Virus record (IMG/VR): IMGVR_UViG_3300029705_000029
DNA from: a virus
Taxonomy: Duplodnaviria; Heunggongvirae; Uroviricota; Caudoviricetes
DNA: 64,000 nucleotides
Reading direction: 5' to 3' (one strand)
Shown here: piece after piece, positions 55,527-63,997 of the stretch
Numbering within the stretch: position 1 is the stretch's first letter
Layout of the letters: every line of letters begins with the position of its first letter
Position numbers and translations under genes: made by a program
The notes under the pieces: model-generated
What the model saw: the letters and a program-made list of their open reading frames with translations, nothing else
The model's database searches: none
What the model was told of the DNA's origin: nothing

Positions 55527-56786
55527 TCACATGCTTCTCACCAAAGTGTCATAAACTGCTCTGTTTGTGAGGATTGCATTCTGCATGCAGCGGATTGACA
55601 GATAACCGTCAATTTCCTTGTCGGTTTTATTTCTGTTCGCCGCTACATTTTTGCCCGTCCCTCTTAAGATGGTGTAATCTTCTTTATCACTTACACTACC
55701 AAGACCTCCAATCTTTTTCTTATTTGTTGCACAGGCTCTAATGCAATCCATTACGAACTGATTCAAAATGTCAATATCTTTTTGTACATTAATGATGGGA
55801 AGCACTGAAGTTGCCCACGAATACTTGCCATCTCCTTTATACAAATAAGATTGAACTTGATTGAGCGCTCGCTTCATGGAAATATTGCGCTGCTTGATTG
55901 TCCGAGATTCAATCTCTTTTTGAAAACTCTTTACGCGAGACTTGGCAAGTGTAATTTGATTTCCTTTGATATAGAAACCAAGGAACTTAAACCACCTGTC
56001 TTTCGTAAGAATCTCAACTTTCTTTGGATTCAATTCGAGTTCCATTTCATCAAGCATTCTCTTAATGGCTGCGTATGCTTGCTCCCACTCATTTCCTAGT
56101 GCCAACAAATCATCTGAATATCTAACATAGTAAACATTCATATCACTTATTGCCTTGTCAATGGGATACAACACTGCATCAGCCAAGAAGCTTGCCACAG
56201 CGCAACCTTGTTTCAAAGACTGATAATGTTCAATCAGTTCTCCATTGAAGTCAAAGCACAAATCTGCATGATAGTATTTCCTTACAACATCAATGATCTT
56301 TGACTTACCAACTTTCGATTCCATTCTGTCAAAGATGTCATCAATGTATCTGATAGGAACCCTATCAAAATACTTGGTCAGGTCTGCTTTCAGTCCAACC
56401 TCGCGAGTCTTTGTATTAATCACCTGCCTTGATACTTCCTGTACAATCTTGCCGCAACCAATGCCGCTTTGGTATGATTTGCAACTCTTATGAACGAACT
56501 CAGGAAACATCTCAAAGAACAAATTGTTTGCAATGGATAAGAAGATTCGGTCTACATTTTCATTAACGTAAACAATTCTCATATCTCCATTGTCTTTAGG
56601 AATCTGTGCTTGGTGCGGCGGAGCGATTTCGTAATTATCAGTGATAATTGCATTGTACAGCGCAAGTCTAACTTCTGGAGATGTAAGTTTTCTTAATTCT
56701 CCCTTGTCGATGTGCTTGTCGACACCAACTTCAAGTGCCTGCTCCCAGCGTTCAGTTTCAAAAAACTTCTTCAACAAAATGTCCAA
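55527..56786 (-). CDS. Reverse transcriptase (group II intron/DGR-like RT domain; no maturase or endonuclease domain evident)
   Basis: IPKDNGDMRIVYV (RT motifs 1-2), LKQGCAVASFLADAVL (motif 4), YVRYSDDLLALG (motif C, YxDD) and WFKFLGFYI (motif 7). Confidence 0.8.
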   Translation of the reverse strand: MDILLKKFFETERWEQALEVGVDKHIDKGELRKLTSPEVRLALYNAIITDNYEIAPPHQAQIPKDNGDMRIVYVNENVDRIFLSIANNLFFEMFPEFVHKSCKSYQSGIGCGKIVQEVSRQVINTKTREVGLKADLTKYFDRVPIRYIDDIFDRMESKVGKSKIIDVVRKYYHADLCFDFNGELIEHYQSLKQGCAVASFLADAVLYPIDKAISDMNVYYVRYSDDLLALGNEWEQAYAAIKRMLDEMELELNPKKVEILTKDRWFKFLGFYIKGNQITLAKSRVKSFQKEIESRTIKQRNISMKRALNQVQSYLYKGDGKYSWATSVLPIINVQKDIDILNQFVMDCIRACATNKKKIGGLGSVSDKEDYTILRGTGKNVAANRNKTDKEIDGYLSIRCMQNAILTNRAVYDTLVRSM

Positions 56787-56808
56787 ATTTTCACCTCCCG
56801 TATTAATT

Positions 56809-56828
56809 TTGTGTTGTTACTTTAATAC
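56809..56828 (-). promoter_or_regulatory. Conserved motif copy directly upstream of the RT gene
   Basis: Motif followed by GGGAGGTGA...ATG. Confidence 0.45.
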
Positions 56829-57382
56829 CATTCGTGATAGAACAGTGCTTCTTCGTCAGTCGGGTCTTCTTCGGAAACATGCTCATCAAATTCCGTGTTC
56901 ATTTCCGCAATCCGTTCTGCGTCAAGGATGTAATAACCACAATTGTCTACATCTTCGAGGTTGTCATAGAACCACTGCTGCAGTTCATAATGCTTGCGCC
57001 AGTACGCTTCCTCTTCTTCATACCAGATGTAAGTAGGAACAGATCTGGTAATTGTATATTTCTCTTCAATTTCCTCTCTAGAAATGAACTGGCCTACATA
57101 TTCGTCATTGTCATTTCTTCCAGAGATACGTATTCCTTCATAAGAATACATTCCAATGCGTGAATTTTTCGGCAGCTTGTAATCTTCAATCATCTTTTCT
57201 TTGTTGTAATATTCTGTAAGTACATTTCTTACAACAGTATATGGAATAAGCTGTTCAAAATTCTCTTCTACTTCTTCAACAGCAACCATTGCATAACCCA
57301 TGTTACTAATTTCTTCTACAGTGTACACCTTATCTTCAAGATCAGGTTTTCTTACACGTCTAACCCACATATCGAGTCCCAT
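56822..57382 (-). CDS. Hypothetical acidic protein
   Basis: ORF track. Confidence 0.45.
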   Translation of the reverse strand: MGLDMWVRRVRKPDLEDKVYTVEEISNMGYAMVAVEEVEENFEQLIPYTVVRNVLTEYYNKEKMIEDYKLPKNSRIGMYSYEGIRISGRNDNDEYVGQFISREEIEEKYTITRSVPTYIWYEEEEAYWRKHYELQQWFYDNLEDVDNCGYYILDAERIAEMNTEFDEHVSEEDPTDEEALFYHEWY

Positions 57383-57399
57383 AATTAATCTCCTTTCTT

Positions 57400-58344
57400 T
57401 TACACAGCAATCTTTTTATTTACCATGTTGTTAAACTGGTCAAAGATTGCATGTCCATCCATGATTTTGCTCCAGCGGTTTTCTTGATACGTTGCGGTGT
57501 TGCGTCGAGGTGCTGCGTGGGTAATAACATCACTCATTGCGTTAACTGCCTTCCATGCGCTGTCTTCAAACTTTGCAATATCTGGCATGTTGTATGCAGT
57601 CCAGTAGTTATTCTTAAACTGCTGTACATTGTTCTTTTTCTTCTGGCTTGCATCTTCCTTTACAGGGAACATTTCATCAAGAATCTGCTCAATCTGTTCA
57701 CGATAAAGCTTTGCGTTTGCAAGTCGGTCTGCCTCTTCATCAAGATTTACCATATAATCGTTAGCCAACTGCAAACACAATTTCGCTTCTTCAAGCTTAG
57801 ACTGCATATCGCCAACGTGCTTAGTGCTCCACTGACGCTTTGCACCATTAAGTGCCATACTTAAAGTGTTCTGACAAACCACTCGAATAGGAGTCATGGC
57901 AATTCTGATTGCGCCTGTGCCATCATGAGAATTTGTAAACACCATAAAAGGATCTACATCATCATCAAGCACCTTCTTTGTAGGCATCTTTGCGAGCAGC
58001 CAAATTCTCTTGCCTCCTGCGAGAGAGCCTGCGGTTTCATAGGTTACAACTCCGTCTTCCGTTTCACCAACAATTTCATCAGTAAACTCAAACGCTTCAA
58101 CGTTCTGTACAATCTTATAGCGGTCGCTTACAATACCAAGAATCGTGCCATCAGTGTCACGTCTGTTTGCCTTATATCCAGGAATCTCAATGCCAGAATC
58201 AGTGAACACAGGAGTCTGTTCTACGCGCCAATCAAGTCCAGCAAAATGCAATGCGTCTTCGCTCGTCGGTGCCTTTTCAACATTCACACCCAGTCCATGC
58301 CACGGTACCTGTCTTACATAAAACATAGATTCAACATTATGCAT
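57400..58344 (-). CDS. Hypothetical protein (DUF932-like phage/plasmid protein?)
   Basis: 314-aa ORF; the N-terminus FYVRQVPWHGLG is reminiscent of the DUF932 family. Confidence 0.5.
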   Translation of the reverse strand: MHNVESMFYVRQVPWHGLGVNVEKAPTSEDALHFAGLDWRVEQTPVFTDSGIEIPGYKANRRDTDGTILGIVSDRYKIVQNVEAFEFTDEIVGETEDGVVTYETAGSLAGGKRIWLLAKMPTKKVLDDDVDPFMVFTNSHDGTGAIRIAMTPIRVVCQNTLSMALNGAKRQWSTKHVGDMQSKLEEAKLCLQLANDYMVNLDEEADRLANAKLYREQIEQILDEMFPVKEDASQKKKNNVQQFKNNYWTAYNMPDIAKFEDSAWKAVNAMSDVITHAAPRRNTATYQENRWSKIMDGHAIFDQFNNMVNKKIAV

Positions 58345-58927
58345 TTTCCTTTTCTCCTTTTTCTTTATAGTAATTACTTACAGTTTCTTTCCACGATTTA
58401 CCAGACAAAATGCCATTTACCAACCCTCTGCTTAGACCGAGCATCTTGGCAATTTTCCTACATCCAAAGCCTGTATCATCTCTTATCTTCAAGATTGTAC
58501 ATACTATATCGCTTGTGATTATTGCATTATAGTGCTGCTCTTCTCTTGGTGCATATGTTGCTACATCCGCTGGATGTCTTAGCCCATTATCAAGCGCATG
58601 CTGATTGTTTTCAGATGGCGTCACATATTCAAGATTTTCAATTTTATTGTTATGCTTATTACCATCTTTATGATTAACAACATATCCTTCTGGACACTTG
58701 CCAAGAAATGCTTCTGCAACCGCTCTATGCACACGAATATTTATCACTTGATATTTCTGTGGCCTTGCTTGTAATGTCATATATCCATTTTTATTTTCGA
58801 ATTGCTTTAATGTACGCTTAGTGATTGCATTTCTGAATCTTCCGAAGTTGCTTGCTTCGTACATATTGTTCAGTGACGGAATTGGTTTCCATATTTCATT
58901 GCATAGATTTTCATCATTAGCTGCCAT
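58337..58927 (-). CDS. HNH homing endonuclease with NUMOD4-like N-terminus
   Basis: EIWKPIP...YEASNFGRFRN (NUMOD4-like) and NHKDGNKHNNKIENLEYVTPSEN (HNH). Confidence 0.7.
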   Translation of the reverse strand: MAANDENLCNEIWKPIPSLNNMYEASNFGRFRNAITKRTLKQFENKNGYMTLQARPQKYQVINIRVHRAVAEAFLGKCPEGYVVNHKDGNKHNNKIENLEYVTPSENNQHALDNGLRHPADVATYAPREEQHYNAIITSDIVCTILKIRDDTGFGCRKIAKMLGLSRGLVNGILSGKSWKETVSNYYKEKGEKENA

Positions 58928-58940
58928 TGTTTTATACCTC

Positions 58941-58960
58941 CATTAATCTTGTACTGTCCA
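58941..58960 (-). promoter_or_regulatory. Conserved motif copy upstream of the HNH endonuclease gene
   Basis: Variant CATTAATCTTGTACTGTCC. Confidence 0.45.
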
Positions 58961-59266
58961 CTCATCTACGCAAATCTGATGACTTTCATAGTTCTCATCT
59001 GCACCATATGAGATGCAATAATAACCATGTTCGTAATCTTCTTCAATCCACAGCGCACCACTATCCCAGTCATCATCTGGATACAACTCTTTATTTGAAT
59101 ACTTCTTCATTTCATCAGCATACGCTTCTTTTATCTCTTCAAAACCCTCCTTCGCGCACTGAAGTGCTTTGTTTCTGTCGTAAAAACAACCATGTTTTCG
59201 TTGTTCAAACGATATGTCATAGTCTATTTTGTCTGTGCTTGTTACCGTATATACTTTATTCATCAT
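58943..59266 (-). CDS. Hypothetical protein
   Basis: ORF track. Confidence 0.4.
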   Translation of the reverse strand: MMNKVYTVTSTDKIDYDISFEQRKHGCFYDRNKALQCAKEGFEEIKEAYADEMKKYSNKELYPDDDWDSGALWIEEDYEHGYYCISYGADENYESHQICVDEWTVQD

Positions 59267-59481
59267 TAATCATCCTCCAACACATCATAATAACTAAGTT
59301 CATTTTCTTTCGCTTCTCTTAGAGCGCTAATATCATATCCGTCATAATCGTCAACGTCAATACAAAACACACCTTCGTTGTAAGCAGCTTCTACTTTCTT
59401 TTCTGCATCACTTGCGTTTTCTGCGGCCACTACAACTGTTCTTGCCAGTGTTTCTTCAATGCGCACAACATAATGCTTCAT
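59266..59481 (-). CDS. Hypothetical protein
   Basis: ORF track. Confidence 0.4.
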   Translation of the reverse strand: MKHYVVRIEETLARTVVVAAENASDAEKKVEAAYNEGVFCIDVDDYDGYDISALREAKENELSYYDVLEDD

Positions 59482-59493
59482 AGTTACAACTCC

Positions 59494-60090
59494 TTACTCA
59501 ATCAAGTCGTAAATTTCATTTCCGTATCTGCAAACAAAGTTTACCTTATTCATTTCCTCAATGACATAATCAATATCTTCAATTGCAATCTCTCCAAGGT
59601 CATATCCAATATCGGTTATGTTGTCAAGCGTTTTCGGTTCAAATTCATCGCCATATTCTGCGATTTCTTCGTTGTAATGTTCAATGCAATCGTAATAATA
59701 GAATACGCTGTTATGAATCACCTCGTCATCAAGGTCAATTTCAATATCGCCCTCACTCCAATACTGAAGTTCTTCCATTCCCTTTTCACTTAGTGCAATG
59801 AGACCGCGGTTTCTGCTATAGTCTTCCTTTTTGAAAGTTTCATTCGGATAAAGTTTCTGAATGTAATCAAACTCATAAGCGTCACCTCGAATGCCGCCAC
59901 CATTATCTTCGCAGAATCGAATCAGTCTGAGCAAGAGTGCGCTTTCGCTTTCATCTTCGCTGTTGTAAATGCAGTTTACTATGTCTCTTGCTTCCATCAG
60001 TGCACTGTGACTGTATGCGCTCCAATGAAAGTAAATCTTGCACAAGTCCTTGCCACATCTATTAACTGTTACAACCAATCTCTGTCCCAT
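59494..60090 (-). CDS. Hypothetical acidic protein
   Basis: ORF track. Confidence 0.45.
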   Translation of the reverse strand: MGQRLVVTVNRCGKDLCKIYFHWSAYSHSALMEARDIVNCIYNSEDESESALLLRLIRFCEDNGGGIRGDAYEFDYIQKLYPNETFKKEDYSRNRGLIALSEKGMEELQYWSEGDIEIDLDDEVIHNSVFYYYDCIEHYNEEIAEYGDEFEPKTLDNITDIGYDLGEIAIEDIDYVIEEMNKVNFVCRYGNEIYDLIE

Positions 60091-60092
60091 AT

Positions 60093-60275
60093 TTATTCTC
60101 CTTTCTTTGCACCATCAATAATTTCCATTATATCTTCAAATGGATCTCTAAAATGTTCGGTGGTATCAAGTCTTGCGCAGTATGTGTCAACACCATCGTA
60201 GAACTTGTCTCTTAATCGTTGTATTTTTTTATATTCTTTTTCTGTTATTGTTATCACGCACTTCGCTCCTTTCAT
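60093..60275 (-). CDS. Hypothetical protein
   Basis: ORF track. Confidence 0.35.
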   Translation of the reverse strand: MKGAKCVITITEKEYKKIQRLRDKFYDGVDTYCARLDTTEHFRDPFEDIMEIIDGAKKGE

Positions 60276-60291
60276 TAATTTTGTACTGTTT
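60273..60291 (-). promoter_or_regulatory. Conserved motif copy
   Basis: Upstream of 60093..60275. Confidence 0.45.
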
Positions 60292-60497
60292 CATTATATC
60301 ACTTTCCTTACTAATTTGTCTTTCTATTTTTTCAATCCTTTATTTTAAATGTTCGTAAGTAGCAAGTGACCCGATGTTTCCTATGCATATGAGAATAAAC
60401 CCTATTCTCATCATCATTTCGGAATCTCCTGCACACATCCACGTTAAAATGCCTACAATGCTTGTTTGTATAAATGCTATCATTCGATCACTCTCCT

Positions 60498-60692
60498 TTA
60501 ATACATCATGAATCTTCCTTCTTCGTCCTCGGCATTGGCTACATTCCAGTTGATGTTTTCAAGCCGACCAAAGTTAATCTCACATACCATGTCGTTTGCC
60601 TTATCTGCCGCTTCATCAAAACTATTAGCTTCAACTTCAATGTACACTCTGCCATCTACGGCAACGCCTACTGTGTACTTCATTTCATCCAC
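60498..60692 (-). CDS. Hypothetical protein
   Basis: ORF track. Confidence 0.35.
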   Translation of the reverse strand: MDEMKYTVGVAVDGRVYIEVEANSFDEAADKANDMVCEINFGRLENINWNVANAEDEEGRFMMY

Positions 60693-61015
60693 TCTCCAAA
60701 TCCGTTAATGTACATATCACCATTCTTTACTCGAATCGAACGAAAAGCAAGCGCAATTCTTTCTCCAAGACTTACACTGTCGAAGTAATTGTCCACCTCC
60801 ATTAGACATCTTATAAATGCGCTTGGCTTGTCACAGCTGTCAAGATAATCAAACATTGCGGTTTTCATAATCTTTGACATTTGGGATTGAGTGTATTCTT
60901 CAATAGGAACATCACATTCTTTTGACATGTATTCTTTAGCGGCTTCAATTACATCTCCATACGCTACCTTTTTACATGCCATGATTATGTTGTAGGTTCT
61001 TTCGGTCATTTGCAT
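60680..61015 (-). CDS. Hypothetical protein
   Basis: ORF track. Confidence 0.45.
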   Translation of the reverse strand: MQMTERTYNIIMACKKVAYGDVIEAAKEYMSKECDVPIEEYTQSQMSKIMKTAMFDYLDSCDKPSAFIRCLMEVDNYFDSVSLGERIALAFRSIRVKNGDMYINGFGEWMK

Positions 61016-61275
61016 CTCCTTAAAATTTCGTCTCTCAAAAGATTCACAGCCCTGTTAATTGTATCCTCATATCCTTTTCGGCATACACCACCATACCACC
61101 ATCTATTAGACATGAGCCTTCCAATATCACTTTCATTATCAAAGCGAATGTCAGTTTCCTTTCGTTTATGAATTCGGTGGCATTCCTCGCAAATGTAACA
61201 ATGGTCGAATGTAACAAGTCGGACAATAAGGTTGGGTAGCTGTTTAAGTTTCCATTTAATGTGATGCAGTTTCAC
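61006..61275 (-). CDS. Cys/His small protein
   Basis: CYICEECHRIH. Confidence 0.4.
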   Translation of the reverse strand: MKLHHIKWKLKQLPNLIVRLVTFDHCYICEECHRIHKRKETDIRFDNESDIGRLMSNRWWYGGVCRKGYEDTINRAVNLLRDEILRRCK

Positions 61276-61581
61276 TTATATCACCCTCTCAACAATGCCA
61301 AGGTTGTAAATGTGAATATCATTTGGATTGATTTCATTGCTCTCGCCAATAACTGATTCAAATGTAGAACGATGGAATTTGTGAATCTTATCAAAGTCTC
61401 CTTTAATTTGATCCACAATATCTCTTGCGTTAGCAAGTCCAACAATAATACTTTGATCATCAATATAAGGCATTTTAGGTTGAATACCCCATACGTGACC
61501 TCTATCTATATAAAGACAGATTAGTTCGTTTGGTGCTGTTCCGAGTACGTAGAGGTTGCTTCGCGGTTTTGTTTTGTACAT
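61276..61581 (-). CDS. Hypothetical protein
   Basis: ORF track; AACGGAGG ribosome-binding site. Confidence 0.45.
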   Translation of the reverse strand: MYKTKPRSNLYVLGTAPNELICLYIDRGHVWGIQPKMPYIDDQSIIVGLANARDIVDQIKGDFDKIHKFHRSTFESVIGESNEINPNDIHIYNLGIVERVI

Positions 61582-61595
61582 TTAAGTTACCTCCG

Positions 61596-61751
61596 TTAAT
61601 CAAATCCATATTTAATAAACGTACCACATTCAGCAATTACTACGCATACGAGTAGCGCCCAAAATGCCGCTCCATCAATTCCGTTCTTGCGTGCGATTAT
61701 ACCAAAAAGAATGTATCCGAGTGAACTGATGATTTGTCCAATTACTTTCAT
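61596..61751 (-). CDS. Small membrane protein (51 aa, hand-called)
   Basis: GGAGGTAAAGTAA-ATG; two predicted transmembrane helices; TAAATG junction with the upstream gene. Confidence 0.35.
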   Translation of the reverse strand: MKVIGQIISSLGYILFGIIARKNGIDGAAFWALLVCVVIAECGTFIKYGFD

Positions 61752-62021
61752 TTACTTTACCTCCGTACAGTCATTTTCCCAAACAACACCATTATTTTCA
61801 ACTATAAGCCTGCAATTCAATGGGATTACCATGTCACTCGGGCGAAAAATTCTTGTAAGTCCATGTGAGATAGTAACTGCGTTACACATAATTGTTCCAA
61901 GTGAGTTTTCTACTGGACCAATTACCATAAACATTGCTCCACCATGTTCAAATACAGTTCCGCTACTAAGATTTCTGAATTCTACACTGGGAATCTTGGA
62001 TCTGTTATCAGCAACTACCAT
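61752..62021 (-). CDS. Hypothetical protein
   Basis: ORF track. Confidence 0.4.
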   Translation of the reverse strand: MVVADNRSKIPSVEFRNLSSGTVFEHGGAMFMVIGPVENSLGTIMCNAVTISHGLTRIFRPSDMVIPLNCRLIVENNGVVWENDCTEVK

Positions 62022-62022
62022 G

Positions 62023-62280
62023 TTATTTTACCTCAGTCCTCTCTACGGCTTCATTCCACTTTTCTCTTGCTTCACGAATAGTCTTACCACGTTCGCTTCT
62101 GAGACCACACGTGCATTTGTAAATATAACCAGATTCTTTTGCGACCGAATCGTATGTTACGTAGTTGTCAATGCGCTTGCGACCACAAACACAAGGAAGT
62201 AGCTTCACTGGTTTAGGTGGAATCTTGATGATGTTGTAGCCCAGCTTTTTCGCTTCGAGTTTGAGTTCTTCAACTGTCAT
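62023..62280 (-). CDS. Lar-family restriction-alleviation-like protein
   Basis: CVCGRK...YKCTCGLRSERGKTIREAREKWNEAV matches the Lar signature. Confidence 0.5.
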   Translation of the reverse strand: MTVEELKLEAKKLGYNIIKIPPKPVKLLPCVCGRKRIDNYVTYDSVAKESGYIYKCTCGLRSERGKTIREAREKWNEAVERTEVK

Positions 62281-62295
62281 GGTGCACTTCCTTTC

Positions 62296-62496
62296 TTAGT
62301 AATGCTCTTTCAGCGTTTCGTCCAGATATGCAAATCCGTTGTGGTTTTCAATGATCTCATAGTCTTCAGGTTCAATATATCCACCACAACAGAAACACAG
62401 GATAAATCCGTTGTCGAAGAGAATACCGAAATGCTCTGTGGAGTTTTCTTCCAGAGTGTCTCTGAATTTTACGAGGCTTACTGCATTTTCACCCAT
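62296..62496 (-). CDS. Hypothetical protein
   Basis: ORF track. Confidence 0.4.
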   Translation of the reverse strand: MGENAVSLVKFRDTLEENSTEHFGILFDNGFILCFCCGGYIEPEDYEIIENHNGFAYLDETLKEHY

Positions 62497-62665
62497 TGTT
62501 ATTCTCCTTTACAAACTGTTGTTTTTTAAACTCAGGATTATGATGGATTTGTGAAACATAATATAACATTTCAATGAGTCCTTCTTCGTTTAGTTTTGAT
62601 GTTAAAAGGAGAATACACTTTATCAAGATTTCTTCGTCGCTTATAGTATGGTGTTTGGCACTCAT
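62489..62665 (-). CDS. Small hypothetical protein (58 aa, hand-called)
   Basis: GGAGAGTAGTT-ATG. Confidence 0.3.
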   Translation of the reverse strand: MSAKHHTISDEEILIKCILLLTSKLNEEGLIEMLYYVSQIHHNPEFKKQQFVKENNNG

Positions 62666-62677
62666 AACTACTCTCCT

Positions 62678-63046
62678 TTACAACTCATATGCACTCAACG
62701 ACCAACTGTAGCCATACTCAAAATATAGATTATACTTTGCGAATAGCTTCTGAAGCTGTTCTTCAAGCTTATAGCCGCCGCGCACATATCCGTTAAGCAC
62801 TGAGTACAGCGGCCCTTCAAAGCTCATTGTGATTGTGTCGGGATTTGCGTATTCGATGTATTTCAGAGGATCTTTGCCTTCGTACTGATATAGATCTTCA
62901 TCAATTTTCTTGCCAAGCACTCCCTCCCATTCGTCACAGTCTGCAAATGCCTTGCCATCGAAGTAGATTACAATGTCGCTCCAGAGATGATGCTTTTTGC
63001 ACCATGTGTATATGTCTATTGCAAGTGATTCGTTTCTGTTGGTCAT
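62678..63046 (-). CDS. Hypothetical protein
   Basis: ORF track. Confidence 0.45.
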   Translation of the reverse strand: MTNRNESLAIDIYTWCKKHHLWSDIVIYFDGKAFADCDEWEGVLGKKIDEDLYQYEGKDPLKYIEYANPDTITMSFEGPLYSVLNGYVRGGYKLEEQLQKLFAKYNLYFEYGYSWSLSAYEL

Positions 63047-63061
63047 TGTTTTATACCTCCT

Positions 63062-63361
63062 TTAATCAGTTGTTCTCCAATAATACTCAAGCTCTTCTCC
63101 CTTAAGCTTCTCCCATGCGTAGTTATTTGCTTCGTGATACAGGTTTGAATACAGCAGAGAGTATTCGTTATTTCCTGTATGGTAAAAGTCCCAGCATTTC
63201 CAGTTAAGCACCATTACAAGTTCTGTAAGATACTTGTGGTTTGACTTCCATTCGTTGAACGCTCTGGTGTATGTTTCCTTTATTGCGTGAATACCGAATC
63301 TGTCTGCGATGCTGAAATCCTGCCAGAAAGTGGTGATTGTTTCGTATCCGTTTATGTTCAT
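63062..63361 (-). CDS. Hypothetical protein
   Basis: ORF track. Confidence 0.45.
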   Translation of the reverse strand: MNINGYETITTFWQDFSIADRFGIHAIKETYTRAFNEWKSNHKYLTELVMVLNWKCWDFYHTGNNEYSLLYSNLYHEANNYAWEKLKGEELEYYWRTTD

Positions 63362-63373
63362 GATTTTACCTCC

Positions 63374-63514
63374 TTACATTTCATCAATTAGTTCAAGTAG
63401 ATCATTAAGTGCGGAAACTCTTCCATATTCAAAATCATTCATATGACGATTTTCTGTTGCATCATACACTTCTTTTAGCAACCGTTCAATTAGCAATCGC
63501 AATTTATTTTCCAT
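63374..63514 (-). CDS. Small hypothetical protein (46 aa, hand-called)
   Basis: GAGG...ATG at 63514. Confidence 0.3.
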   Translation of the reverse strand: MENKLRLLIERLLKEVYDATENRHMNDFEYGRVSALNDLLELIDEM

Positions 63515-63629
63515 GATTTTCAACCTCATTTATTGCTTCAATCATGCTGTCTGCGCTACAGTAGTATTCTCCATTGATGTAGACTTCGTAGTGTCCGTTG
63601 ACTTGTACGATGCGCAAGTTATCTGGCAT
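63504..63629 (-). CDS. Small hypothetical protein (41 aa, hand-called)
   Basis: AAAGGAAG before the ATG at 63629. Confidence 0.3.
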   Translation of the reverse strand: MPDNLRIVQVNGHYEVYINGEYYCSADSMIEAINEVENHGK

Positions 63630-63643
63630 TTGAATCACTTCCT

Positions 63644-63853
63644 TTATTTGATGGTGAATTCGTAATCAACGATGTAAACGATTGTTTCTTCATCAAAGTA
63701 ACATACATCTCCGTCATACAGGTTAACTGCATTGTTATTGCACATAGGGTCGTAAATTTTCATGTAGTATAGCCCACCACTTGTGGCGAAAACTGAACCA
63801 CATGTAAGGTCTTCAAGTTTTGCCGTGTTATTATGAGGTTTGTTAATGTACAT
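63644..63853 (-). CDS. Small protein; paralogue of 63869..63997
   Basis: Ends ...YEFTIK, compared with ...HELIIK in its neighbour. Confidence 0.4.
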   Translation of the reverse strand: MYINKPHNNTAKLEDLTCGSVFATSGGLYYMKIYDPMCNNNAVNLYDGDVCYFDEETIVYIVDYEFTIK

Positions 63854-63868
63854 ATGTAATTTCCTTTC

Positions 63869-63997
63869 TTACTTGATGATGAGTTCGTGGTCGAGAGTGA
63901 TAACAACAGCAGTTTCATATGCCATTTCAAGACTGCCGTTTGTCAAATCAACCACATTACACATGAAGTCACCAGTTTCAATTCTTTCAGTTTTCAT
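63869..63997 (-). CDS. Small protein (42 aa, hand-called); paralogue of 63644..63853
   Basis: ATG at 63997, close to the window edge. Confidence 0.3.
   Translation of the reverse strand: MKTERIETGDFMCNVVDLTNGSLEMAYETAVVITLDHELIIK

Noticed and set aside
55527-56786. Complete group II intron around the RT
   Set aside because: Only about 35 nt separate the RT start from the upstream gene, and that gap is occupied by the promoter motif. There is no space for ribozyme domains I-III, no maturase or En domain is evident, and I found no domain V consensus (GAGCYGTATG...CACGTACGG) in the flanks.
52990-56786. Diversity-generating retroelement (TR/VR pair)
   Set aside because: I could not find a ~100-nt near-identical repeat between the non-coding units and the 3' end of any neighbouring ORF, nor an AAC-rich template. 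The repeat units are similar to each other rather than to coding sequence. A computational TR/VR search would still be worthwhile.
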